From Octopus vulgaris (taxonomy: Eukaryota), in assembly GCA_951406725.2 (NCBI GenBank), contig OX597825.1:41664001-41728000 (forward strand): DNA of 64,000 bases, read 5' to 3'. The position numbers were made by a program, and so were the translations under genes. Numbering within the stretch: the first letter of the stretch is position 1; each line of letters opens with the position of its first letter. Below, in pieces: positions 1 to 11,420 of the stretch. The notes below the pieces were generated by a model. The model was not told the origin of the DNA and ran no database searches. It saw only the letters and a list, made by a program, of their open reading frames with translations.

Positions 1-170
1 ATGTGTGCGAACTGCCATACTTCACGGTAGACTTGAAAGAAATGAAGCTAGCATGATCCGCTGGATGTGTAATATCAGTGTGCATGCACGACAGAGTGTA
101 AGCACCCTGAGAGAAATGCTGGATATAAGAAGCATCAGATGTGGTGTGCAAGAGCGACGCTTGCATCGAC
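1..170 (+). mobile_element. RTE-clade LINE, 3' ORF fragment
   Basis: Encodes a degenerate WMCNISVHARQSVSTLREMLDIRSIRCGVQERRL, matching the RTE C-terminal segment at 56509-56742. Confidence 0.8.
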
Positions 171-640
171 ATGAATAAGGATGCATCATTCCAGGTGCAC
201 ATTACCAAGTTGGCAATAAAATGGAGACACCTGGCCAGATAGATCCTTCGAACTTTCAAACCAAGAGAAAAGGAAACAATGATGGTCCTCTGGAGGACTT
301 TTGTTCTCAGCTGTCTGGATTACTGCTCCCTAATATGGTCACCAAACTGTAAAATTAACAACAGAGCTTGAGGCAATCCAATAAAGCTACATACAAAGAA
401 GATTGACACAGTGCAACAAATCAGCAACTGGGAGAGACTGAAAGAGTTAAGACTCTACTCCCTGGAACATAGGTGGAAAAGATATGCAGTAATCCTAGAA
501 AAACTTGGAAAATCTTAGGAAGTCTTATGCTAAATTTTGGCATTAGCATTTACATAAAGAGTATGTCAGGGCACCACTACATAGTGCCAACATTACTATC
601 AGGATACAGAACCAGATACTGCAACAGCTTTGGGTAGTAA
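171..640 (+). mobile_element. CR1/Jockey-group LINE RT C-terminal remnant
   Basis: Reads RTFKPREKETMMVLWRTFVLSCLDYCSLIWSP...WERLKELRLYSLEHR, the LEYC..VWSP and LxSLExRR motifs of CR1-like RT thumbs; contains stops and frameshifts. Confidence 0.7.
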
Positions 641-879
641 TGTTGCTGCAGTTCCAGAAGTATCAGTAGCTAAAGCTATTTTATTTTCTTGATAAGCTTT
701 AGCTAGGAGGAGTTTAATTACAAATGTTTTCCCAGTACCTCCTGAAACATCTAAGATGCTGCCAAGTTTGACCTGAGGCTAAGTGTGGTTTTTGTGCCCT
801 CAGTGAGGAATAGAGTAGACGTCCTGACCAGAGTAAAGAAAACCTGGTTGCAGGTTCCAGAGGATCTGGAGTAAGGAGT

Positions 880-1877
880 GGTTGTGGTGTGCCAACTTAG
901 TGATGCGGAGCTGAGGAGACTGCATACCATGCATCACATGGGGGTGGACAGGATCCCTGTTCCTAGCCAGGAAAGTTGACTCTGACATGACCAGGCAGAG
1001 TGTGCTAAGAGTAGTTGGGAGCTGAGAAAGGTGCCAGTCTATTGACCCTGCTCCAGGTGTGCATGAGGGAGGAAGCATTCCAGTGGAACACAACTGAAAA
1101 AGACTGGCAGTGGACGTGATGCACTACCAGCAGGGGACATACTGCATCGCCACATCCCACAGAAGAGAAGGAGCATACTTTTGTGCAGGTCAGAGAAAAA
1201 GTCTGGGTTAAGCCCCCAAATGTGTGGTGCATATCACAGTAGGAAAAGGGGACAATAACCTCTGTGAATTCAAGGAACAATGTATCCGTAGATGGCATGC
1301 CACAACATGTTTTGGATGTGCACAGGATCATCACTGCGAGAGAGGATGAGGCCAGCAGTAATAGACAAGAGGACGAAACTGGCAGGAACATGCCAAGAAC
1401 TGAGGCCAGTCCTGAAGTCCCATGGCGGTCACAGAGGGAGCGGTGCATTCTTTGCTGGTTGGTTGATTACGAGACAAATTAAGGCTTGTGGTCAGGGTTG
1501 AGAAGCGGGCGTGGGCTGGTTGGTTGAATGATCTTCAGATCAGGGGGCATGTGGTGTTATGAGCCAGGCTGTGTTGTAGGGAAGGATCAGAAGTGAGGGT
1601 GCAGGCATGTCCTGTCGGAAGTGGGGCCTGTGGATCACACTGGAAGTGCCATGGTGGACATGCACATCAGTGAAGCATGAGGGTCAGTCAGGGGCAAACA
1701 GCACATCAGAGCAGACATGTGAGATGGTACAACAATAGATAGTGCATGTGGAGGTGGAATGAACTTTGGAGATCACGACAGCACGTGGATGGTGAAAGTG
1801 ACTCTTTTTCCTGACCAACAGATAAGACTACCGTAATTCTCTCTTCGTTTCCTTCTTTTTTCTTCCTTTACATCACA
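880..1877 (+). mobile_element. Gypsy-like LTR retrotransposon remnant (integrase N- and C-terminal parts plus 3' LTR)
   Basis: HTMHHMGVDR...RCQSIDPAP...KRLAVDVMHY (H2C2 zinc domain into the core start) is joined to VWVKPPN...GTITSVNSRNNVSVDGMPQHVLDV (C-terminal domain). A purine-rich AGGGGGCA precedes the LTR. Confidence 0.7.
1550..1877 (+). repeat. putative LTR
   Basis: TG...CA termini with a short inverted repeat TGTGGTGT / ACATCACA, immediately after the PPT-like tract. Confidence 0.5.
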
Positions 1878-2059
1878 CATGGAACAGTGAACTTCCCCTA
1901 ACATATATGACTTTGAAAAGAAGTGCATCATCTTATTTAATTTTTAAGTGAAAAACCCTTGCTATGAGATAATGTCTATGACATGCTCATTGATCAAGAA
2001 AGAGTTTGTCTTGTATTTCAGGCCATTTTGGGTTAAATGTAAAAGTTATAAATATATCT

Positions 2060-2720
2060 GGTCTACCATATATTCATACACATGTCATGGCATCTTGTGT
2101 TCTTTCATGCATATAGTGGGATCCACCTGTGAAGCTCGATGGAAGGATGCACAAGTGCCCCAGATTATTTCCATACCCATCATTATTTATGCTGTCCCGT
2201 AAGTGAATGTATGAAGCAACCTGAAGCTCTTGTTGTTGTGTTCTTACATAGGTGAGTCTTTCTAATTCAATATTGGCATACATGTCAACAGTAAATTGTT
2301 GAAATAAATCCCTACATTGATGCAATAAATTAAAACTGAAGTGTTTAAGCATAAGATGAAATGCATAAAAATCCATGCATGAAACAGTTTTTCTAAAATT
2401 TTCTCCAGCCTGAAGAATACCAAAGTGATATGGAGAAAGCATTGGGTAATGTAGAGCATCATAGGAGCAATGTGTATCACCCATTGAATGGAACAATCTC
2501 TACACTTTATAATTATATCCCATTTTCCAGTTTGTTCACCTGCTAGAATTATAGCAATCTCATTAGTCTCTGGTGCATTGAAATGCAGTGAATGCTCAGT
2601 TGGGGGCCTCCCATCAGAATTGATCACCAATTGAAAATTTCTGTTTAGTGTAATACTTGAAACTCCTGATATAATTATTAATGTTATGCAGCATTTCTTG
2701 ATTTTACCAATTGGTTTTGC
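2060..2720 (-). pseudogene. Helitron Rep/helicase fragment (Helitron_like_N region)
   Basis: FNAPETNEIAII..., YDALHYPML, LFQQFTVDMYANIELERL and ILPSSFTGGSHYMHERTQDAM are conserved Helitron Rep motifs, split over two frames. Confidence 0.9.
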
Positions 2721-3510
2721 ACATGAGAATAAACCCAGTTCCAGGACTGATTCATCAGAGGGGCTGGCAGGAAGAGCATGATGAAAGCTTAATTCAGATG
2801 GAGGCCAGGAAATGTCGTGTCTGGTTTGTGAGTGTTATGTAAAACCTGAATGAATAAAACAGAAATTAAGTTCAGAGGGAACTTTATTAGAGTTATGCCA
2901 CTTGGATGAGGATCAGACAGTACTACCATGTTGTAAGGGATAAATGCTTGCAGAGAAGTGTTGGGGCTGAGATGTGTAGTGGAAAGTGAGGATAGGGAAC
3001 AGTAGTCAATCTTGAAATGATGTGTGGATATGTACATATATGTGTGTTTGTATGTAATAAGTTGTGGCAAACATATGAACTGTTTATGGTGGAACCCCTG
3101 ATGCTTATATTCATTGTGTGGTCTGCCAGTATCTGTAGGATCAGAAAATACACACATGAACAGGAACGTGTAATTGGATACTGGCAGATTGTACCATAAC
3201 TAAAACTGTTAGAGCTTCCATCATCAGTGCTTCCCATCCTCACAGTCTGAATGTTCAGCACAAGGTTAATCACCTCCAGCTTATACCATACAAGCTTACA
3301 CATAGGCATACACATACATGTCCACAAACCATTGCTTTTTAGGACTGACTACCCTTCTCATCTTCATTTTCCACCACCTGGCACACTCATCTACCCCATC
3401 CCACCCATAACCTAGCCTCATTCCTACTTTCCAGACATTTACTCCTTAGACCATGGTGATGCTGTCTGATCCTCATCCAAGGAAATAATTCTAACGAAGT
3501 TAGAGCTTCT
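2720..3510 (-). mobile_element. degenerate PLE-like 3' region with inverted repeat and HHR-like core
   Basis: 2878-2930 is inverted at about 3452-3501. The minus strand near 2759 reads CTGATGA-ATCAG-TC-CTG-GAAC. Confidence 0.35.
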
Positions 3511-4099
3511 CCTGATGTGTTTTTATCCCATTCTTTTACATTTGAGCTTTACACAATACCAGCAAAGCCAAAAAGACACTTCCTGACTTCTAGAAGCATA
3601 GAGCTATTATCACTGTATACTTACTACCAGCCCTTCTAACAAGTCTCAGGATTGCTTGTATACAAAACTGATGGTTAAAATCACTGGAAATGGATTTGTA
3701 ATACAGTATTGTATCAATGTTAATATACCTACTCTATTCACCAATGTATGAGTGACTATTTTCCCTAACTTGTAGATTCTTAGATGACTATACACACACA
3801 CAAACACATGTGCATACATGCGTGCATGTGTGTGCACACACTCACACACAAATACACTCACATACACACCCCCACATACATATACATATAGATGAATATA
3901 TTATTGAGACATCCTTTTACAGACAGATTCCTTTCCTCTTTCTAATCATTATTTGCTCCTCAAGTGAGTAGGCTCTTATTTCATCTATGAAGGTACAAAG
4001 TGAGTGGACAAATTGTTGATCGGAGAATTAATGACAACAACACTGCACACAGTGACTCTCATACATTGCAAATGCAAACAAACAGATAAGTGCACATTT

Positions 4100-4144
4100 G
4101 CATACACATGTACACACACACACATGTACATAATACATACATAC

Positions 4145-4175
<31 letters not shown>

Positions 4176-4176
4176 T

Positions 4177-4216
<40 letters not shown>

Positions 4217-4300
4217 ACATACATACATACATACATACATACATACATACATACATACATACATACATACATACATACATACATACATACATACATACAT
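4100..4300. repeat. (TACA)n/(CA)n microsatellite
   Basis: Direct reading; explains the spurious ORFs at 3985-4372. Confidence 0.95.
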
Positions 4301-4309
4301 TCATATAAC

Positions 4310-4500
4310 AATCTATATATGATGGATTCGCCAACCGGCAGAAGGCCTCAGGGTAGACCAAGAACAATATAGTTCGATAATATTCATAGTCTCACTTGAT
4401 CGTACTTTGGAGTCCAACTGGAATGTGTAATGATAGTTGCTTTTGAAAGGACACTATCAAGTGGGTGCCTGGATATTCCCAGGAGTATTGGGTGCAGACG
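4310..4500 (+). mobile_element. RTE-like LINE 3' fragment
   Basis: PTGRRPQGRPRT matches the RTE C-terminal GxRxxGRPR motif. Confidence 0.5.
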
Positions 4501-5098
4501 ATGGGTATGTATGTATGTATGTATGTATGTATGCATGTATGTATGTATGTATGTATGTATAAGATCCCAGTAGGATAGAAAGATAAGATGTTTCCAATTT
4601 AGCACTCAGCCTGAGCTTTAGGCTATCTACAATGTTGGATTCTAGACTACTATTGAAAGGTGTAGAAAATCTAGGGTTTCATAACAGTAAAAATGTTATG
4701 TGGGTTTAGCAATACGTAAGATATAATCCAAATAATATGACAAAAAAAAACTTTAATATATCTTCAATGAACAGTTAGAGTTGTTTCTGTACAGGTCTGC
4801 TTTCATTGCCAGTTCATGCAAAAGTTCCAAGTGAAAATTTACATAATATTTGTGGTATTAAACATTTGAATGGCTTTTCCTCAGATCTGCTTCAAAGATG
4901 TGCTCTTAGATTATGTTACAATGTAAAGTATCTTTGATGCAGGTCTGAGGAAAAGCCACACTAATGTTTTAATACAGTGGTTCTCAACCTTTTCACTACC
5001 AAAGATACATTTATTTAAATTCCCTCAGACACCTAGTAATATGTTTCTCCTTATATAGATAGATAGATAAATAGATAGATAGATAGATAGATAGACAC

Positions 5099-5702
5099 AT
5101 AGGTTTAAGAAACAGAATGACATTCAAACAACTCAATCATCATCGAATGACATTATCCACACTATGCACATATAAGACTAAATATTGAAATTATCAAAAT
5201 TAATACCTACAATTCTTATTCCAAGTTATCAAAATTAATACCTTCAATTCTTATTTCAAATCATATACTTTAGTACGTGCGTTTCATGACAACATATTCC
5301 TCGATATTGCTGAAATAGAATGTCTATAAATACAATACCATATTAAAACGATTATATTGCCAATCTTCAGGTCTAGCATATATTAACTTATTTTGCTATT
5401 TACATCCTATATAAAGACTTGACAAACTAAAATTATATAACTAGAAGTTGTTAGAATAATTTTACTTTAGTAAATGATGAACAGAAATGTTGAATAAAAG
5501 TAGGAAGAATAAATGTTAGTAAAAAGAAATGTTAACTTATCTGTATGGTAATTTTCTCTCCATGAATTAAACATGGCTACCAGCAATCGTATAATCCTCC
5601 ATTAAGAGCTATATTTGAGGGGAGATAATTCTTATTAACGTTTAAAAGTTCTTGAAAGATATTTTCTATTTATGATAATAAATCAGGAGAAGCCAGAAGT
5701 GA
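5099..5702 (-). repeat. left arm of 604-bp inverted repeat (PLE pLTR-like, HHR-bearing)
   Basis: Near-identical reverse complement of 7706-8309; contains an HHR-like motif at 5271-5375 (minus). Confidence 0.92.
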
Positions 5703-6001
5703 TAGCATTATAATTATAAAAATAATAAGCAATGAGATTTTTACTGATTTTTACTGACTTTTACTCATTTCAAAATATTTTAAATATTTTAAAATTATAA
5801 GCTGAGTAATTTAGAAATCTTTATTATAGGCATATAGCTTCAATAGAGAGGGGACATAACAACACAAAACATGGGTACATATAACGAAAAATAACGAAAG
5901 ATGATTATGAAATGAAATATTTACAATGAATAGAATGGAATGGCTTATGAGCCCCACCAAAACTCGCAGTTTCATTTTACTGTTTATGAATACAATTAAA
6001 C

Positions 6002-7436
6002 TTATCCGGGGTATTCGTCCACTATGTATTCTAGCAGTTGCTTCTGCTCCATTACACTGGGAAAACTGTCATAACGTACATTGAGACTGATACACACAAT
6101 AGTACTTGGGAATAAATCTGTTAATCTTTCCACTGTTTCATACTCCAACAATACTGCTTTCATTTCATTGTCATGCATTCCAGGGTCTCTTATTAACCCT
6201 TTCCTTATCGCTAGTCTTTTTTTGATTTCTTTGTCTTTTAGGTAATACATCACTGCTCTAAAGTTCCTTCCTAAAGGTCTTCCTCCTTTTTACAAGCTTC
6301 CAGACGTTCCTCCACCCTTTTTATCCACTCTTCAATTTTCTCCTCCATTTGATCTTCAATTGATCTATCTGTTGCTTGTTTCACCTCCTGAGTTCGATTC
6401 TCTGTTGTCTCGGCAGCAGACTTCTTTTTTGCTTTTTTTCCTTTTTAGGTTTTTAGGTGGTGATTCTACCCGTGTTCGTTTTCTATCTTCCTTTTTCTCT
6501 TCCTCTTTTCCTTCCTTTTTCTCTCCTCTTTTTCTTCTTTTCTCTCTTTTTCTTTCTCCTTCTCTAGCTCGTCGTCTCTTGCCATGTTAACCATGGTCAT
6601 GAGCTCTTCTTCCACATTCAACTCTCTCGTCTTCAAGCTTTTTCCTTCATCTTCTTTCTCTTTCTCCGCTCTGACGTCTCTCGTGAATTCCTCTCAGGTC
6701 ATCTCTTCTTCATGTATCTCTCTTAGAGGGCACATTGCCTTCATGTGCCTTCTGTTTTTACACTTATAGCATACTGGAGGTCTCCCCTCCACCACGACTC
6801 TCAGTCGGGTCTCATCGGGGAGCACTAACTCATCTGAGATGTTGTGCAAATCTGGCAGGGTTATGTGTATTAGTGCTTCTACTGCATAACCCCACCAGTT
6901 AATATTGTTAGACTTCTCTACCTTGAGGATATCTACCTCTTCCTTACAATTATATATAATCGCTGCTACCAGTCTTTCTATGTCCATTTCCAGTGATACT
7001 TTACTGATTCGAACTCTCGCCGCTCGCCTACCACAGTGTGTAGGTATGAGTACCCACCTAGTTGTTCTTAATGCTGTTGTTGCATGTCTTCTTGTTTCTT
7101 CTTCGTTTTTGAAGCGTATTCAACTGTGGCGTACTTTCTCCCTCTAGTGTAGAAGGTGCTTCTATCCTTTGTCTTTTCTAGACACTGTTCTATCTCCTCT
7201 ATTTCTGCCACTTCAATTCTTTTTGTGGCTACATTCCTCGTTCTATAGGTTATTATCCTTTTTTCAGCTTTTTGAACTGCATCTTTTGACGGTGTGATTC
7301 TTAGACAGTCTCCCTCTTTTTTAAAGCTGTCAAAATATTTCTTAAGATTTTCTTTTTCAATTTTCACTTCCTTCAACTGTAATGCATCGGCACACAGGCT
7401 TTTGCCTGCTGCTCTCGCATAAGTCTCAGCTTGCAT
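6002..7436 (-). pseudogene. gag/ORF1-like nucleic-acid-binding protein with CCHC zinc knuckle (L1/Tx1 ORF1-like), disrupted
   Basis: ORF pieces 7068-7442, 6694-6987 and 6002-6253 join across frameshifts and stops. RLRVVVEGRPPVCYKCKNRRHMKAMCP is a CX2CX4HX4C knuckle in ORF1 context, followed by a K/E/R-rich tract. ATG at 7436, stop at 6002. Confidence 0.75.
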
Positions 7437-7705
7437 ACCCAACTGTGGGCAGCAGCAAAACAGTTTTCAAAAATTCAACAATCAATACAACGTTAAAAAT
7501 AACAGTTTTCAACAACAAATTTCAACTCACAATCTCATCACTGCACACTCTGAAAAACCAACATTCAACTTCACAGGTGGAAATATCTACAAGTTGAGTA
7601 ATTTAGTTTACCTATTTACTGACCTAGAAATTTATTATTTATCAAAGTTAACATATAAATAAAATAAATTAACCAAGAAAAAATAAAGACTATTCCATCA
7701 TACAC

Positions 7706-8309
7706 TCACTTCTGGCTTCTCCTGATTTATTATCATAAATAGAAAATATCTTTTAAGAACTTTTAAATGTTAATAAGAATTATCTCCCCCCAAAAGTAGC
7801 TCTTAATGGTGGATTATACGATTGCTGGTAGCCATGTTTAATTCATGGAGAGAAAATTACCATACAGATAAGTTAACATTTCTTTTTACTAACATTTATT
7901 CTTCCTACTTTTATTCAACATTTCTGTTCATTATTAACTAAAGTAAAATTATTCTAACAACTTCTAGTTATATAATTTTAGTTTTTCAAGTCTTTATATA
8001 GGATGTAAATAGCAAAATAAGTTAATATATGCTAGACCTGAAGATTGGCAATATAATCGTTTTAATATGGTATTGTATTTATAGACATTCTATTTCAGCA
8101 ATATCGAGGAATATGTTGTCATGAAACGCACGTACTAAAGTATATGATTTGAAATAAGAATTGAAGGTATTAATTTTGATAATTTGGAATAAGAATTGTA
8201 GGTATTAATTTTGATAATTTTAATATTTAGTCCTATATGTGCATAGTGTGGATAATGTCATTCGATGATAATTGAGTTGCTTGAGGGTGATTCGGTCTCT
8301 TAAACCTAT
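7706..8309 (+). repeat. right arm of 604-bp inverted repeat
   Basis: Reverse complement of 5099-5702. Confidence 0.92.
8033..8137 (+). ncRNA. hammerhead ribozyme-like motif (type I, long stem II); second copy at 5271-5375 minus
   Basis: CTGAAGA (8038-8044), stem II TGGCAATATA/TATGTTGTCA, then GAAAC-GCAC-GTA. Stem I is irregular (TAG/CTA, offset by 2 nt). Confidence 0.55.
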
Positions 8310-8402
8310 CTATATATATGTATATAATATAGTGAGTAGTACCACTAAATTGAACTTCTCTCCACTGTGGACTCAGAAATAACTTCTCTAATATTAATAT
8401 TA

Positions 8403-8427
<25 letters not shown>

Positions 8428-8433
<6 letters not shown>

Positions 8434-8600
8434 AAATTTACAGAAAAGCAAAAGATGAAGATAGGTGTATTAGCTTAATGCTCAGGAAGGTGAGAAAGTC
8501 TTTTACGTTTTGAGTCTATGCTCTTCAACAGAAAACAACATGAGGAAATAAACACTGAGAGAATAATAAACTTTTGGAGCTAGCAGTCAACCACATATAT
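8428..8600 (-). mobile_element. short (TA)n-anchored repeat with degenerate HHR core
   Basis: Minus strand CTGTTGA-AGAGC-ATAG-ACTC-AAAACGTA. Related copies at about 8988-9130 and 43255-43453. Confidence 0.5.
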
Positions 8601-10419
8601 GTGAAATTTTGCATCTAGTTCACTTACCCAGTGTACTACCGTTGCAGACCACCGTTGTGGACTGCCAGGCCTCATGGATCACAGGCTGGGAACCAATGTT
8701 TTGATGCCATAAATATTATGTAAATTTCCACGTGGAAATTTGCATGAACTGGCATTAAAAGCAAAGATGGTACAGAAACAATTCAAATTGATCATTTAAA
8801 GATGTGTTAAAGTCTTTCTTTGTGTCTTCCTATTTGAATCATATAGCTGTTTGTGTGTGCATGTGTGTAGAATATGAGAGAAAGAAAATGGAATTCATGG
8901 GACTCATTATTTAGAATCACTATGAATGTTTCAACCCACTATGCACCGAGCAGAGAACAGACCTTATACAGCTTATATATATATATTTAGTTCAAATTTA
9001 CAAAAAATAAAAGTCGAAAATACTCAAGAAGAAAGGAAAAGTCTTTGACATTTCAATCCTAGGATTTTTCGCAGAAAGGATTGAAAGGGGGAAAAAAAAA
9101 CCCAGAAAAATATGTAGAGATTAACAGTTCAACATGATGATGATGTGTTTATGTGTGTGTGTGTTTGTGTGCGTGATATTGGGTTGACGAACTGTATCAA
9201 TCCTTACTCTCATTTCCTTAAATTTGATGAAACTGAAGAGATTCAGTTTAGATCAAAATAAATATATAGGATTGAAATTATATGATCTGTATAAACTACA
9301 AAATAAATATGAAACAGATTAAAGACAATATTACAACTGAATTTTAATGTTATTGCTGCAAAATAATTGAACATGAAATGTATTTTCCTACCACACTAAT
9401 GTAAAATGGATGAACCTATCAAAATAATGATTGTATAGAATACTATTTTCAGAGCTTTTAATAAATTTACTATCTTGCTTTTTAATTCTTTCTCTATTCT
9501 TTAATCTGTTTTAAAATCAATTATTAATATAAGTAAAAACATTAATTATAGTTTTATACGATTGCAATAGTGTAAATGATGAAAAGAATTTAATATAATA
9601 GTGTAAATAATACAAGGAAAATCAATTTAATCATCAGTGTAAAGGTATTCCATTACCTTCTGATTGTATTTATTTGTATTTAAAGAATTCTTACTGCTGC
9701 TACATGAACTATCACTACATAACAGTTTTAAATCAAAGCTATGCTATTTCCTTTTACTTATATATATACTGGGCTGACTTCATTCATTTTATTCTACGTC
9801 CCTTTTTCTATACTTGCACTGATTAGTTGAATACATTGAGACATTATTTTACAGACAGATCCCCTCCCTGTTTCTAATCCTTATTTGTTCAAGTGAGGAG
9901 GCTTTTATTTTCACTCATCTATGAAGATACAAACTGAGTGAACAAATTGTTGATAGAAGTGATGACAACACTGCTCACAACGATTCATAGATTTCACTTG
10001 GCTTGACAGATCTTCTCAAGCACAACATATTGCCAAAGGTCGCAGTCATTTATCATTGTCTCTGTGAGGCAAAAGGTGCTCTTACGTGCCTCTGGCATGG
10101 GTGCTAGTTACATGATACCAGCATCAGCCATGACTATGATTTCACTTAGCTTAATAGGTTTTCTCTAGCACAGCATATTACCAAAGGTTTTGATCACAAA
10201 AGAACCATACTAAATATAAAGTTATGTACCATTCAATATGGCAAAATGCATATGCTCAAAAGTTACTGACACAATTAGACAGGAGAAAAATTGCTAGAAC
10301 TAAATATGCTCCATGTAAAACAGAAATACACCGAAATGTTAGATTATGTCATAACCAAAGTAAAAGAAAAAACGAGATCCCAATCTCTGCCTTATGGGGA
10401 AACACTGTAAGGGTGAAAA

Positions 10420-10990
10420 TAAAAATACAAATTTAGGTATTCTATTTGTAGTCACCCATAATCCTAAGAACCACAATATCCTACATTCAGTCAAGCAATA
10501 CTTCCAATTCTACATCAATCATCAAATCTCTAACAAGTAATTTAAAAAATCACAAATTATCAACAACCAAAGACAACCACTAAATCTCCTCCTAACAAAG
10601 GCAAGATTCACATCAGAGAAAGAAATAATGCAGGTTAAAAACTGTGAAGAGCTTCATTGTGGGACATGTGAAATAACTGAACAAGGAACAACCAAAAGAT
10701 TCAAGAATGGGAAGGACCTGAAAGTGAATGCAAAAATGAATTGCAAAACAAAATATTTCATCTATTGTATCATATGCCCAAAATGCAAAGAGAATTACAT
10801 TGAGGAAACAGGAACAAAACTAACCAGGCATGAAAATGTGCATGAACAGCAAATTATTTTAAAAATGGAAATGGAAAATTTAAAATAGTCCCCTTCTACA
10901 AAATAAACGATGAAAATTATCAGCTACAAAACGCAAAAGAAGAATACTTTAAAAGTATTCTAAATCTAAAACACAACTTGAAATAGCTGA
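10420..10990 (+). pseudogene. PLE GIY-YIG endonuclease fragment (Neptune-like Cys-rich linker)
   Basis: FVVTHNP...CEELHCGTC...MNCKTKYFIYCIICPKCKENYIEETG...H. Confidence 0.8.
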
Positions 10991-11199
10991 TGCCATAATG
11001 GAACCACAACTTTCTCTATACTTATTAGCTCAGAAGAAGTGTATTTGGAATGTTGAACAAGGCAGACTTTTCCCACAAAGGTTAGTAACATTCTATCAGA
11101 TAACTCATGAAGGTACATGCAGAAATAAAATGGTCAAAGCTGGCCTGATAGTATGCATATTCAAACTAGAAAAGAACAAGAACAAATTAAAACAGAAAC

Positions 11200-11368
11200 A
11201 TATTGTGGTGCCATGTAAAGACACTCAGCACACTGTAAAGTGGGTGGAATTAGGAAAGGCATCCAATCGTAGAAACTATGCCAAATCAGACTGGAGCCTG
11301 GTGCAGATCTCTAGCTTGCTAGCTCAGGACAAACAATCCAACCCATGCGAGCATGGAGAACAAGTTAA

Positions 11369-11408
<40 letters not shown>

Positions 11409-11420
11409 GCATCATGATGA
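11200..11420 (+). mobile_element. SINE or RTE 3' tail with (GAT)n end (family B)
   Basis: TTAGGAAAGGCATCCA..GTAGAAAC..GCCAAATCAGACTGGAGCCTGGTGCAG...(GAT)n, shared with the copies at 13575, 24528, 44660 and 55872. Confidence 0.8.

Larger units (their letters stand above)
4975..8698. mobile_element. hAT (Charlie-type) MITE hosting nested insertions
   Basis: Termini CAGTGGTTCTCAACC / GGCTGGGAACCAATG, with diverged 8-bp TSDs TTTTAATA (4967-4974) and TTTTGATG (8699-8706). Confidence 0.65.
4720..8850. repeat. interrupted foldback (head-to-head HHR-like repeats); right arm split at 4974/8699
   Basis: The left arm (about 4720-4899) is the reverse complement of 4930-4974 plus 8699-8850. Each arm has CTGAGGA...GAAACAA. 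Confidence 0.65.

Noticed and set aside
3985-4372. Several ORFs rich in YVCM/HTYI
   Set aside because: Translations of (TACA)n/(CA)n microsatellite. The same applies to the ORFs at 14861-16201, 23973-24252, 28234-28676, 32050-32428, 39048-39708 and 63411-63760.
6360-6769. Plus-strand F/S/L-rich ORFs resembling membrane proteins
   Set aside because: Antisense shadow of the purine-rich K/E/R tract of the gag-like gene.
5099-8309. Reading the 604-bp inverted repeats as DNA-transposon, Polinton or DIRS terminal repeats
   Set aside because: No transposase, integrase or tyrosine recombinase inside, no TSD, and the repeats carry HHR motifs, which fits PLE pLTRs better.
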